This document shows, piece after piece, positions 38,420 to 48,280 of a stretch of DNA of 64,000 bases; position 1 is the stretch's first letter, and the number at the start of each line of letters is the position of its first letter. This DNA is from Bacteroidota bacterium (GTDB lineage Bacteria > Bacteroidota > Bacteroidia > M30B66). The stretch spans positions 6,884 to 70,883 of the forward strand of contig CANHIS010000005.1 in assembly GCA_947460255.1 (NCBI GenBank), in the 5' to 3' direction. A model generated the notes under the pieces. It worked only from the letters and a program-made list of their open reading frames with translations, did no database searches and was not told the DNA's origin. The position numbers were made by a program, and so were the translations under genes.

Positions 38420-40456
38420 TTATCCATTCATTGAGATGAGAAACTCTTCGTTGCTAGTAGTGCCGTTCATATGGTTTCTGATGAACTCCATGGCTTCGAT
38501 GGTATTCATGTCGCTGAGGTGATTGCGCAGAATCCACATACGTTGAAGTGTTTCTTTGTCAACCAGTAGATCGTCGCGACGTGTAGAAGAAGAAACCAAG
38601 TCGATTGCAGGGAACACACGCTTGTTGGCGAGTTTGCGATCCAATTGGAGCTCCATGTTACCAGTACCTTTAAATTCTTCGAAGATTACTTCGTCCATTT
38701 TCGAGCCAGTATCGATCAGTGCCGTTGCAAGGATAGTGAGCGAACCACCTTTCTCGATTTTACGAGCAGCACCAAAGAAACGCTTCGGTTTGTGAAGTGC
38801 GTTGGCATCCACACCACCAGAAAGCACCTTTCCAGAAGCAGGCTGAACAGTATTGTATGCGCGAGCCAAACGTGTGATAGAATCGAGGAGAATCACTACA
38901 TCGTGACCACATTCTACCATTCGTTTTGCTTTTTCAAGAACGATATTGGCAATCTTTACATGGCGTTCAGCTGGTTCATCGAAAGTTGATGAAACCACTT
39001 CTGCACGCACGCTGCGCGCCATGTCTGTTACCTCCTCCGGGCGTTCATCAATCAAAAGAATGATCAAATAAACTTCTGGGTGATTGGCAGCGATTGCATT
39101 TGCAACTTCCTTAAGCAACACGGTTTTACCGGTCTTTGGTTGTGCAACGATAAGACCACGTTGACCTTTACCAATTGGCGTGAAAAGGTCCATTACGCGG
39201 GTCGACATGGTGCCATTTTTATGTCCAGTGAGTCTCAATTTCTCATCTGGGAACATTGGCGTAAGGAAATCGAAAGGAACTCGGTCGCGCACAAATCCTG
39301 GATCACGTCCGTTGATGGTATCGATGCGGGTAAGTGGAAAATATTTTTCGCCTTCGCGGGGAGCACGAACAGCGCCGTTAACGGTATCTCCAGTTTTTAA
39401 TCCGTAGAGTTTTATTTGCGCTTGAGAAACGTAAACATCATCAGGAGAACCGAGATAATTGTAATCGGATGATCTAAGGAAACCAAATCCTTCTGGAACC
39501 AATTCTAAAACGCCTTCTGTAGTAACGAGTAGATCGTTGTTTGAGAAAGCATCAATGATGGGTGTTGGATCAGGTTGTGGGCTTGCTTGAGGGACTTGTT
39601 GATTTTGTTGAGCCGCCGGATTTTGTTGGAAATTACCTTGATTTTGTTGGCGATTCTGTTGGTTAGGGTTGTTGCGTTGAAAATTCTGACGCTGTTGGTT
39701 GTTTTGTTGCCAATTTCCACGTTCACGCTGCGGCTGTTGACCTTGAGATTGTTGAGGTTGCTGAGGTTGTTGGCTTTGAACTGGAGGAGGCGTTGAAGGT
39801 GCCTGCGGTTCTTGGCCAGGTGTGGGTTGATAATTGGCTAAACCACCAGCGCGTTTGTTATAAGGAACACGTTGTTGTTGTGGTTGTGGTTGCTGTTGCG
39901 GGCGAGGTGGTTGAGGAAGATCGTTGTTGTCGGGCTTCTCTGCAGCACTTGCATCTACTTCTACTGGTGTTTTAAACCTTTGATCAGGAGCATTAGAGCG
40001 CTCGCGGCGGCGGCGGAAATCTTGGTCGCGTTTATTTTCACGCGGTGCTTCTTCAGGCGGTGCAATTGGCTCAGGTGCAGGTTTAGCTTTTACTTCAGGA
40101 ACTGCCTTTGCTTCAACTGGTGCTTGCACCTTGTCGATATTAGGTTTTCTTCCGCGTTTTGCTGGAACTTTTACTTCCTCAACGGGTTTAGGTTCATCTT
40201 TCGACAATGCTTTAGTGGCCATTGCCCTAACTTCGTCAGGATTAAGGGTGAGCTTGATAGATTCTACCTTCTCATTACCTGAGGCTTCTTTTTTCTTCAA
40301 TGAAGTGGTAATTTCTGGCTTAACAGCCTGTTCGTCAAGAATTTTATATACGAGCTCCGACTTCTTGAGTGTGTCGGATTTTGAGATATTTAGCTTTGTG
40401 GCAATTTCACGCAATTCTCCAACCAGCTTGGCATTCAGCTCCTGAATATTGTACAT
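38420..40456 (-). CDS. rho: transcription termination factor Rho with large N-terminal insertion domain
   Basis: 678 aa. The N-terminal Rho_N reads [25 protein letters not shown] low-complexity K/P/E then Q/N/P-rich insertion spans roughly residues 46-300. The C-terminal part has the RNA-binding (…[15 protein letters not shown]…) and ATPase ([15 protein letters not shown]) modules. Confidence 0.95.
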   Translation of the reverse strand: MYNIQELNAKLVGELREIATKLNISKSDTLKKSELVYKILDEQAVKPEITTSLKKKEASGNEKVESIKLTLNPDEVRAMATKALSKDEPKPVEEVKVPAKRGRKPNIDKVQAPVEAKAVPEVKAKPAPEPIAPPEEAPRENKRDQDFRRRRERSNAPDQRFKTPVEVDASAAEKPDNNDLPQPPRPQQQPQPQQQRVPYNKRAGGLANYQPTPGQEPQAPSTPPPVQSQQPQQPQQSQGQQPQRERGNWQQNNQQRQNFQRNNPNQQNRQQNQGNFQQNPAAQQNQQVPQASPQPDPTPIIDAFSNNDLLVTTEGVLELVPEGFGFLRSSDYNYLGSPDDVYVSQAQIKLYGLKTGDTVNGAVRAPREGEKYFPLTRIDTINGRDPGFVRDRVPFDFLTPMFPDEKLRLTGHKNGTMSTRVMDLFTPIGKGQRGLIVAQPKTGKTVLLKEVANAIAANHPEVYLIILLIDERPEEVTDMARSVRAEVVSSTFDEPAERHVKIANIVLEKAKRMVECGHDVVILLDSITRLARAYNTVQPASGKVLSGGVDANALHKPKRFFGAARKIEKGGSLTILATALIDTGSKMDEVIFEEFKGTGNMELQLDRKLANKRVFPAIDLVSSSTRRDDLLVDKETLQRMWILRNHLSDMNTIEAMEFIRNHMNGTTSNEEFLISMNG

Positions 40457-40589
40457 TTTGATAGCAATACGAAATGAGGGATAAGGATTCCGGATGGAAT
40501 TGTAATGTACCGGAAAGTTGAGAAGGGATTCAGCTAATGCTGAGTTATGAGTGCAATAATACGATTATTTCATAAAGTCAATGGTGTTT

Positions 40590-40626
40590 CTTAAAAAAAA
40601 GCCAAAATGGTTGGCTATTTTTGCAA
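40590..40626. terminator. orphan terminator-like hairpin in rho/DUF4293 divergent intergenic region
   Basis: A8, stem GCCAA (40601-05), loop AATGG, stem TTGGC (40611-15), then TATTTTT. On the minus strand the hairpin is followed by T8. Confidence 0.45.
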
Positions 40627-40641
40627 CCCTTAATTTATCAA

Positions 40642-41070
40642 ATGATACAAAGAATTCAATCGCTTTTCCTTTTGGGCACGGCGATAAGCGGTGTGCTTTT
40701 CACCTTTTTACCTTGGGCAGTTTTTCACTTGGGGGAAGACAAAGACGATGTAATATTGAAAGGAACTAGTGAATTGGTTAGCAGTTTACCTGGTTTAACC
40801 ATTGCATTTTTCGCGTTGATCAATATTTTCTTATTCAAAAACCGCAAGCGTCAAATGCGAATTTGCAATGTGCTTTTTGTGATTGCCATCGGCGCGCTAT
40901 CATCGGCGGTTTTGAAAATCACAGCTACATCAGCAGAATTAAAAGCCAACGATTTCGATTATCAATTCGGAATGGTTTGGCCAGTGATCGCAATCATTTT
41001 TACATACATGGCAAGGCATTCGATCAACAAGGACGAGCAATTGGTTCGTTCGGCCGACAGGTTGCGTTAA
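40642..41070 (+). CDS. small membrane protein (DUF4293-like)
   Basis: Four predicted TM helices. It sits beside rho. The track start is a TTG (40621) inside the hairpin. The ATG is at 40642. Confidence 0.55.
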   Translation: MIQRIQSLFLLGTAISGVLFTFLPWAVFHLGEDKDDVILKGTSELVSSLPGLTIAFFALINIFLFKNRKRQMRICNVLFVIAIGALSSAVLKITATSAELKANDFDYQFGMVWPVIAIIFTYMARHSINKDEQLVRSADRLR

Positions 41071-41082
41071 GCTGAATTATCG

Positions 41083-42522
41083 ATGCAAAAAACTTTCATA
41101 AAAAACCTCGCTCTACTGCTTGCGCTGAATTTGCTGATTAAGCCATTTTGGGTTTTCGGCATCGAGCGTGAAGTACAGGAGGTTGTAAGAACCGAAAACT
41201 ACGGCCTTTACTTTGCCTTATTCAACTTTTCGTTTCTGATGAATATTCTGCTTGATTTTGGGATAACCAACTTCAATAACAAGAATATTGCGCAAAATAA
41301 TCACCTTATTACCAAGCACTTTTCAAGCATTTTGGTGCTAAAGCTGATGCTTGGCGTAGCCTTTATGGTGGTAACCTTAACGGCAGGTTTTTTATTGGGC
41401 TACAACAATGATCAGTTGCATTTGCTCACGATGATGGGCTTGAACCAGTTTCTCGCGTTCATGATCATGTATTTAAGGTCGAATCTGGCGGGTCTTCATT
41501 TATTTGCCACCGACAGTGTTATTTCTGTGCTCGATCGCACCTTGATGATCATTTTTTGTAGTGTTTTACTTTGGGGAAATGTGTTAGAAGAACCTATGAC
41601 TATAGATCTCTTCGTTTACACACAAACGTTTTCCTATTTGCTTACAACAATTATCACGTTGTTCATTGTGATGAGAAAAGCAAAATTCTTGCGGCTCAAA
41701 TGGAACTACCCATTCTTTATTCTCATTTTGAAAAAGAGCCTTCCGTTTGCCATTTTGGTTCTATTAATGACCTTTTATAACCGTGTTGATGCTGTGATGC
41801 TGGAAAGAATGCTTCCTGATGGAGCTCTTGAAAGTGGCATTTATGCTTCGGCTTACCGCGTGCTAGATTCGGCCAATATGTTCTCGTTTCTTTTTGCTGG
41901 CTTACTGCTACCGATGTTTGCAAGAATGCTCCGTTATAAGGAATCGGTTGAACAATTGGTGAAACTTGCATTCTCGATACTTATCACGCCTGCAGTGGTG
42001 GTGGTGGTGGCAAGTTTGCTCTACAGTAACGATATAATGGGTCTCCTTTACAAACAACATGTTGCAGAGTCGGCGGGCGTCTTTTCCATTATCATGGGAT
42101 GTTTTGTGGCCACCTCGCTCACTTACATCTTCGGAACACTGCTAACGGCCAATGGAAATTTAATGCAACTTAACTTGATGGCCGCTTCAGGAATGGGACT
42201 GAACCTCTTGTTGAACATTATTCTGATTCCTCACTTTAAAGCCATTGGCGCGGCATATTCAAGTTTGATCACCCAGTTTCTTACTGCGTTACTTCAGATT
42301 TACCTAGCACAACGAATTTTTAAATTTAGAGTGAATTATAGACTACTATTTCAACTGGTAATCTTCATTTTTTCAGTGTTTTTGATCGGAGTTTTGTGCA
42401 AAAATCTTTTCGATGATTGGCTCAAAGGAATCTTTGTACTGCTTGTTGGTGGTACGTTGTCGGCATTTGGTATCGGTTTATTGCATGTAAAATCGATCTT
42501 TAGAATCATGAAGTATGGTTAG
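41083..42522 (+). CDS. polysaccharide biosynthesis protein / oligosaccharide flippase (Wzx-like, MOP superfamily)
   Basis: 479 aa with ~12-14 TM helices and the typical flippase topology. Confidence 0.75.
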   Translation: MQKTFIKNLALLLALNLLIKPFWVFGIEREVQEVVRTENYGLYFALFNFSFLMNILLDFGITNFNNKNIAQNNHLITKHFSSILVLKLMLGVAFMVVTLTAGFLLGYNNDQLHLLTMMGLNQFLAFMIMYLRSNLAGLHLFATDSVISVLDRTLMIIFCSVLLWGNVLEEPMTIDLFVYTQTFSYLLTTIITLFIVMRKAKFLRLKWNYPFFILILKKSLPFAILVLLMTFYNRVDAVMLERMLPDGALESGIYASAYRVLDSANMFSFLFAGLLLPMFARMLRYKESVEQLVKLAFSILITPAVVVVVASLLYSNDIMGLLYKQHVAESAGVFSIIMGCFVATSLTYIFGTLLTANGNLMQLNLMAASGMGLNLLLNIILIPHFKAIGAAYSSLITQFLTALLQIYLAQRIFKFRVNYRLLFQLVIFIFSVFLIGVLCKNLFDDWLKGIFVLLVGGTLSAFGIGLLHVKSIFRIMKYG

Positions 42523-42595
42523 GAAAGCCATCGCCAAGTAACTGTAAAGTAGTACATTTGCGCCTCTTAAAAACCCTAACCAGTAAGCGGAATTC

Positions 42596-43627
42596 ATGGA
42601 AAACTCCCCATCGGGCAGCTTGTTTGATTCAACAAATCTTGTAATATTCCTTTGGCAAAAACGCAAGCAAATCCTTATTGCTACGCTGATTGCAGCTATT
42701 GCTTCAATTGTTTTCTCCTCGGATTTTTTTATTAAACCGAAGTTCAAGTCGGCTGTAATTCTTTTCCCAACAACCAACAGTTCGATTTCGAAATCTCTTT
42801 TGAGCGAGAATCAATTCGAAAAGGAAAACATCCTTCAGTTTGGAGAGGAAGAACAAGTTGAACAAATGCTTCAGCTTTTGAACTCCGACGAAATTCGGGA
42901 ACGGGTGATTGAAAAGTTTAATTTGATTGATCACTATCGAATCGACAAAGATTCGGACTATCCGATGACCAAATTGAACAAAAAGTTTGAGGAAAACATT
43001 TCGTTCAACCGCACCGAATATTTATCGGTTAGGATTGATGTTCTGGATGAAGACCCAAAGCTTGCAGCAACTATCGCCAATGAAATTGCAGCACTGCTCG
43101 ACACTGTTAAAACCAGAATGCAACACGAACGTGCCCGCCAAGCGTTGTCGATTGTCGAGAAGGAATATCGTGATTTCGAAAGATACCTATTAGCTCGAGA
43201 AGACACATTAAACAGGCTCAGATCTTTGGGTGTTTTGGACTACACTTCGCAAGTGGAGCGATTAAGTGAGGCTTACGGTAAAGCACTTTTAGCAAACAAC
43301 ACTGGTGCTGTAAAAATCATCAATGAACAAATGGCAATTCTTGCTAAATACGGTGGTCTTTCGATGGCCATTGAGCAAGATATGGAGCACGATCGAAAAA
43401 ATCTCAGCATGCTTAAAACCAAGTATGAAGAGGCTCGCGTTGATGCAACCGATAAAATCCCACACAAGTTCATTGTGAATTTGGCCAAGCCTGCAGAAAA
43501 GAAAACTTATCCTATTCGTTGGTTAATTGTTGTTGTTTCAACAATCTCAACCTTTCTGCTGGCCATTGTTGTTGTGCTAATTCTCGAGAATATCCGAAGA
43601 ATGCGTAGCAATATCAAAGTTGGCTAA
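42596..43627 (+). CDS. polysaccharide chain-length determinant-like protein (Wzz/GumC family)
   Basis: N-terminal TM helix, a long periplasmic coiled-coil region, and a C-terminal TM helix (IRWLIVVVSTISTFLLAIVVVLILENIRRMR). Confidence 0.55.
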   Translation: MENSPSGSLFDSTNLVIFLWQKRKQILIATLIAAIASIVFSSDFFIKPKFKSAVILFPTTNSSISKSLLSENQFEKENILQFGEEEQVEQMLQLLNSDEIRERVIEKFNLIDHYRIDKDSDYPMTKLNKKFEENISFNRTEYLSVRIDVLDEDPKLAATIANEIAALLDTVKTRMQHERARQALSIVEKEYRDFERYLLAREDTLNRLRSLGVLDYTSQVERLSEAYGKALLANNTGAVKIINEQMAILAKYGGLSMAIEQDMEHDRKNLSMLKTKYEEARVDATDKIPHKFIVNLAKPAEKKTYPIRWLIVVVSTISTFLLAIVVVLILENIRRMRSNIKVG

Positions 43628-45104
43628 TTTACTCGACACCAAAGATTCGAGCCGGTTCAACAACTGGTTCTTCGGCATTGTTGCAGCTTTTGTTGCGATC
43701 AATTGCTGGTTGCTTACGGAAGAATTTTACTTCCTGCCAGCCATTCCTTTGGTGCTACTCATCATATTGTCGGCCTTAATGGCGATCGATAAGCTGGTTT
43801 ATTTCATTCTCTTTTTTACACCACTTTCTTTAACGGTCGAGTTCAACGAATTTGCGGCCCTCACCTTACCAACCGAACCGCTACTGTTCGGTGTGATGCT
43901 GGTGTTCTTTTTTAAGATGCTCTTTGAAGGAGGCTTTGATAAACGAATCACACGCCATCCAGTAACGCTCGCCATTATCTTCCATTTGGTTTGGATGTTC
44001 TTTACAACACTTACATCAACGATGTTTTTGGTTTCGTTGAAGTTTTTCATGGCTAGACTTTGGTTTGTTACCTGCTTCTATTTTATTGCTACTCAGATAT
44101 TTCAGAAGGTCGAAAACATCCGCTTGTGGATTTGGCTCTTCACAATTCCGCTGAGTATTGTGATTATTTACTCAGTGATTCAATTCTTCAATTACAACAT
44201 CGATAAAAACGCGCTTTATTGGGTGATGCAGCCCTTTTTTAAGGATCATACCATCTATGGTGCCGTGATTGCCATGATGCTGCCAATCATGTTTGTATTT
44301 AGCTTCGATAAAAGCTACACCCCCAAATACCGATTTTTCTCGTTCGGGTTTTTCACGATTATCTTAATCGGAATTGTGGTTTCTTACACCCGTGCTGCAT
44401 GGCTGAGTGTGGCTGGGGCATACGGTATTTACCTGATCTACCTATTAAAAATTAATTGGAAGATTGTTTTCGCAGGATTTCTCCTCGCACTTTGTGGGGC
44501 TTTCTATTACCAAGATGAAATCATGCTGAAAATTGGAAGAAACAAACAAAGTTCATCTCAAGACCTTGCCGAACACTTACAGTCGGTGTCAAACATAAAA
44601 TCGGATGCATCGAATTTAGAACGGATTAACCGCTGGAGCTCGGCTGTTAGGATGTTTAAAAAAGAACCTTTGTTTGGATTTGGTCCGGGGACTTACAAAT
44701 TTAAGTATGCACCGTTTCAACGGTCAACCGAAATTACCTATGTGAGCACCAATGCAGGCTCGTTAGGAAATGCACACAGCGAATATTTAGGACCAATGGC
44801 CGAACAAGGCATCTTAGGGACGCTAGGTATGTTGATGATCGTAATATTATCAATTGTCACAGGAACGAGGGTTTATCAAAAAAGCGATCGTGCAGAAATT
44901 CGCTTTCTTGCCATAGGAATCTTAATTGGATTGTTTACCTATTTCCTTCATGGTTTCTTGAACAATTTCTTGGATCAGGATAAAGCATCAGCGCCATTTT
45001 GGTCGATGATTGCTATTTTAGTTGCCTTGGATGTTTATCACCACAAAAAGGAGAAGAAGGCCGATCTAAAAAAATCTGCAAGTGAGCAGAGCGATATCGT
45101 CTAA
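43620..45104 (+). CDS. O-antigen ligase/polymerase family membrane protein (Wzy/WaaL-like)
   Basis: ~12 TM helices and a large loop with YTRAAWLSVAG, an O-antigen ligase-type motif. TTG start overlapping the upstream stop. No in-frame ATG before residue ~54. Confidence 0.65.
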   Translation: MANLLDTKDSSRFNNWFFGIVAAFVAINCWLLTEEFYFLPAIPLVLLIILSALMAIDKLVYFILFFTPLSLTVEFNEFAALTLPTEPLLFGVMLVFFFKMLFEGGFDKRITRHPVTLAIIFHLVWMFFTTLTSTMFLVSLKFFMARLWFVTCFYFIATQIFQKVENIRLWIWLFTIPLSIVIIYSVIQFFNYNIDKNALYWVMQPFFKDHTIYGAVIAMMLPIMFVFSFDKSYTPKYRFFSFGFFTIILIGIVVSYTRAAWLSVAGAYGIYLIYLLKINWKIVFAGFLLALCGAFYYQDEIMLKIGRNKQSSSQDLAEHLQSVSNIKSDASNLERINRWSSAVRMFKKEPLFGFGPGTYKFKYAPFQRSTEITYVSTNAGSLGNAHSEYLGPMAEQGILGTLGMLMIVILSIVTGTRVYQKSDRAEIRFLAIGILIGLFTYFLHGFLNNFLDQDKASAPFWSMIAILVALDVYHHKKEKKADLKKSASEQSDIV

Positions 45105-46298
45105 GTAAGGCTGATCGCCTTTGTAAGTGGTGAAAAGATTAATCAGCATTTCGTTGAATGCGCTTGGCGTCAACTTTTGATGCTCCTTCAACAAAGATTC
45201 TAACTGCTCGATTCCGAAATCTTGCCCTCCTTCATTTTCTTGTTCAACCAATCCGTCGGTGTAACAAAGAAGCATGGCATCTGGATGAATTTTTAATTCG
45301 CCCGATTCTAACCGATATAGCTTCTCGAGCATTCCCAAACCTGTCGTGCCGCAGTTTAAAACAGAAGTTTCTCCGTTCGACAATAAAACAGGAGGGTTGT
45401 GACCTGCATTGATGTAAAATAAGGTCCTCGTTGTGGTATTGTATTTTGCAATAAAGAAGGTAACAAACTTTTCACCCTTTGCACTTTGCACCACTCTGTC
45501 GTTGAGATCTGTCACAATAACGCGCAAGTCGGAAGTTGTACCAACCCTTGCATGCAAGTAGGCTTGAAAATTCGCCATTAAAAGTGCCGCTGCAATACCT
45601 TTTCCAGAAACGTCGGCCATGCAAAAAATCACCTCTTCATCGTTGAGCCGGATGAAATCGTAATAATCGCCTCCAATTTGTCGGATAGGCCTGTAAAATG
45701 CTGCAAAATCGAAATGTTCATCCAATGGTAGCGAGGAAGGAATAAACATCGATTGCACCTCGCGAGCCATTTCAAGTTCGCGCTTGTACATTTCTTGTTG
45801 CACGTTGTCTTTGAACAAACGTTTGTTCTCTATAGCTACAGCGATTACGTTACTGATGGTTTGTACAAACTCTAAATCAGACTTTCTCTCTTCTCGAACT
45901 GTTGATCGATCCAAATCACCGATGAGCAAATACGAAAGTGCTTTGCCTTTGTGTTCAACTGGAATAATTACATCAAACGAAGCCAAATGTGGATGCGTTT
46001 CATCTTCATCTAAAATGGTGAGTTCGTGGTATTTTTTTAAGTCCAACTCAGGGTTTATTCTGGCAGTATCGTATTCTGAATTGAAACAAATGGGCCATCT
46101 CCAAATTTCGTCGAAAGATGAATAAGCGATTTTAGTGAATCCGAGTTGAGTTTCTAGAATGTATTGATAGATGCTAAAAAGCTCTTTAGCAGCAGTGTTG
46201 TTGTTTATTGCACGAGTAACCTGCAGCAGTGCATACAACTGATCTTTGTAGCGCTGGTCTGTTGATTTTGCAGGTGTTTCGATCACGATTCCAAGCAT
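45066..46298 (-). CDS. GAF domain-containing PP2C-type (SpoIIE/RsbU-like) protein phosphatase
   Basis: N-terminal GAF, and a C-terminal PP2C fold with IGGDYYDF…MADVSGKGIAAALLMA…INAGHNPP…CYTDGLVE motifs. Confidence 0.85.
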   Translation of the reverse strand: MLGIVIETPAKSTDQRYKDQLYALLQVTRAINNNTAAKELFSIYQYILETQLGFTKIAYSSFDEIWRWPICFNSEYDTARINPELDLKKYHELTILDEDETHPHLASFDVIIPVEHKGKALSYLLIGDLDRSTVREERKSDLEFVQTISNVIAVAIENKRLFKDNVQQEMYKRELEMAREVQSMFIPSSLPLDEHFDFAAFYRPIRQIGGDYYDFIRLNDEEVIFCMADVSGKGIAAALLMANFQAYLHARVGTTSDLRVIVTDLNDRVVQSAKGEKFVTFFIAKYNTTTRTLFYINAGHNPPVLLSNGETSVLNCGTTGLGMLEKLYRLESGELKIHPDAMLLCYTDGLVEQENEGGQDFGIEQLESLLKEHQKLTPSAFNEMLINLFTTYKGDQPYLDDIALLTCRFF

Positions 46299-46358
46299 TT
46301 TGAAAGCCCGTTTGGTCTTTCAGTAAAACTCAAATGTAGGTTAAAAGTTGTTGTGCAT

Positions 46359-47291
46359 TTATTTTTTTAGCTCCTTCAAAATATCTGGAATTTGCTTCAC
46401 ATAGGCCATTTCTCGCATTTTAGATTTTGCTTCACCAACAGGCGATCCGAAATACGTTTGACCAGCAGCAAGAGATTTCGGAACGCCCGATTGAGCCAAA
46501 ACCACGGCACCTTCGCCAATAGTTAGGTCTTTCGATACGCCTACTTGTCCCCATAAAATCACACGATTCTCAATGGTAGCAACACCAGCCACACCAACCT
46601 GAGCAGCAAAGAGGCAATCTTCACCAACTATGGTATCGTGTCCAATGTGGATTTGGTTATCGAACTTGGTGCCACGGCCAATCACAGTATCGCCCGAAAC
46701 GCCTTTATCGATGGTGCAACAAGCGCCAATTTCAACATCGTCCCCAATAACAACGCGGCCGCAGCTTCGCATTTTATCATACCCTTCAGGACGACGTTTA
46801 AAATAAAATGCATCGGCACCAATCACTGTTCCTGCATGAATTTCAACACGATTTCCAATCACGGTATGATCGTAAATCGTAACGTTGGGATGGATCAAAC
46901 AATCATCACCAATCACCACGTTGTTTCCAACAAAAGCGCCCGGCTGAATGATGGTATTGCTTCCAATTTTAGCAGTTGGCGAAACCATCCCGCTTGCCGG
47001 TTGGAAAGGCCTGAAAAAGTTAACGAGATAATTGTAGTCTCTGAACGGATCATCACTTACGATGATCGCCTTCCCCGGAGGGCAAGCAACTTCCTTGTTA
47101 ATTAAGATGGTTGTGGCTGCAGAATTGAGACACTTATCGTAATACTTCGGATGATCTACAAAAGAAAGGTCTCCGGGTTCTACTTTATGGATTTCGTTGA
47201 TGCCGCTGATGAGATGGTTTGCAGGCCCAAAATAGGTTGCCCCGATCAGTTCGCACAATTCACTTAAGGTTTTTGCAGGCGTAAGCTTCAT
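46359..47291 (-). CDS. lpxD: UDP-3-O-(3-hydroxyacyl)glucosamine N-acyltransferase
   Basis: LpxD N-terminal domain (…LSELCELIGATYFGPANHLISGINEIHKVEPGDLSFVDHPKY) and left-handed beta-helix hexapeptide repeats. ATG at 47291. Confidence 0.9.
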   Translation of the reverse strand: MKLTPAKTLSELCELIGATYFGPANHLISGINEIHKVEPGDLSFVDHPKYYDKCLNSAATTILINKEVACPPGKAIIVSDDPFRDYNYLVNFFRPFQPASGMVSPTAKIGSNTIIQPGAFVGNNVVIGDDCLIHPNVTIYDHTVIGNRVEIHAGTVIGADAFYFKRRPEGYDKMRSCGRVVIGDDVEIGACCTIDKGVSGDTVIGRGTKFDNQIHIGHDTIVGEDCLFAAQVGVAGVATIENRVILWGQVGVSKDLTIGEGAVVLAQSGVPKSLAAGQTYFGSPVGEAKSKMREMAYVKQIPDILKELKK

Positions 47292-47371
47292 TGTATTGGT
47301 ATGATTGCCGAAAGGTAGTGTAAATTTGCAGCCCTGCAGAAACACAACAATTCCCGAAACGCAGGGTTTTT

Positions 47372-48280
47372 ATGAAGATGACCATCGGAGAAGCACTTTC
47401 TGTTTTGCATCTAAATGCGCCTGTAACACACGATGATGTTCGGAAAGCGTTCAGGATGAAAGCAAAAGAATTTCATCCCGATAAACACTTCAACGACCAA
47501 TCGCGCGAATTGGCAGCTCAACAATTCCTAAGAATTCGTGAAGCGTCCGATTTATTGATGTCGCTTTCTGAGCAACAGATTAATCATCCTGGTCCAGAAA
47601 GAAGAACCATCCGAGTCGTTCGACGCTCACATCCGCGACCAGCGCCAGTTCAGCCCACCATTATGGAGCATCCGCTGATTAAGGAGCTCGACAATGTGGT
47701 GAAACTGTTTCACCTAGCAGGTAAAGGTTCGAGCATGCAGCTGCTGAGAAAATACTTGGGCGAGGGAAGGTTTTCTCCAGGGAACTGGATGGGAAAAATG
47801 TACGAAAAGCTATTCGAAAAAAAGTTTGCTGGAGAAGATCAAATGAGTGGCTTCATGTATGGCTTCATTCTATTTATCAGGCTTTTATGGGGCTCTATTT
47901 TCCTCATTGTTGCATTTTTTAGCATGTCGATTTTGGGTTTAATGGTGTTGGTTTTGGTATTTCCGCCTGTGGTAGTTTTTACAGGAGTTTATTGGTTGTA
48001 TCACAGGTTCATGAAGCCAATTGCGAAAAAACTTAACCAATCTATTCAACCAGGAAATACGGCATCGTGGCTAAAAGCACGATCGGCTTACTTAAGATAC
48101 AGAACACTGCCTTTGCCCATCATGGCTGCTATTGCTTGGGCATTTGTGCTCGTTTGCAAAACCGGTTCATTGTACGTAATTACACTGAGCTACTTATTGT
48201 GTTTGCTTTTTAGCATTTTGGGCATGAGTGTTTTTTACGAGTGGCTCCAATATCTCAAAGTAAAAAATCGCGCTGTATGA
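47372..48280 (+). CDS. J-domain (DnaJ-like) protein with C-terminal multi-pass membrane domain
   Basis: J domain with the HPD tripeptide (KAKEFHPDKH), followed by ~4 hydrophobic helices. Confidence 0.75.
   Translation: MKMTIGEALSVLHLNAPVTHDDVRKAFRMKAKEFHPDKHFNDQSRELAAQQFLRIREASDLLMSLSEQQINHPGPERRTIRVVRRSHPRPAPVQPTIMEHPLIKELDNVVKLFHLAGKGSSMQLLRKYLGEGRFSPGNWMGKMYEKLFEKKFAGEDQMSGFMYGFILFIRLLWGSIFLIVAFFSMSILGLMVLVLVFPPVVVFTGVYWLYHRFMKPIAKKLNQSIQPGNTASWLKARSAYLRYRTLPLPIMAAIAWAFVLVCKTGSLYVITLSYLLCLLFSILGMSVFYEWLQYLKVKNRAV

Noticed and set aside
39575-40445. Several plus-strand ORFs (73-136 aa) overlapping rho
   Set aside because: They are antisense to the rho N-terminal low-complexity region. Their translations are low-complexity L/R/V-rich artefacts of the CAA/CAG repeats, and rho itself is unambiguous.
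46638-47105. 155-aa plus-strand ORF inside lpxD
   Set aside because: It is antisense to the hexapeptide-repeat region of lpxD. Such repeats commonly leave open antisense frames, and there is no start context.
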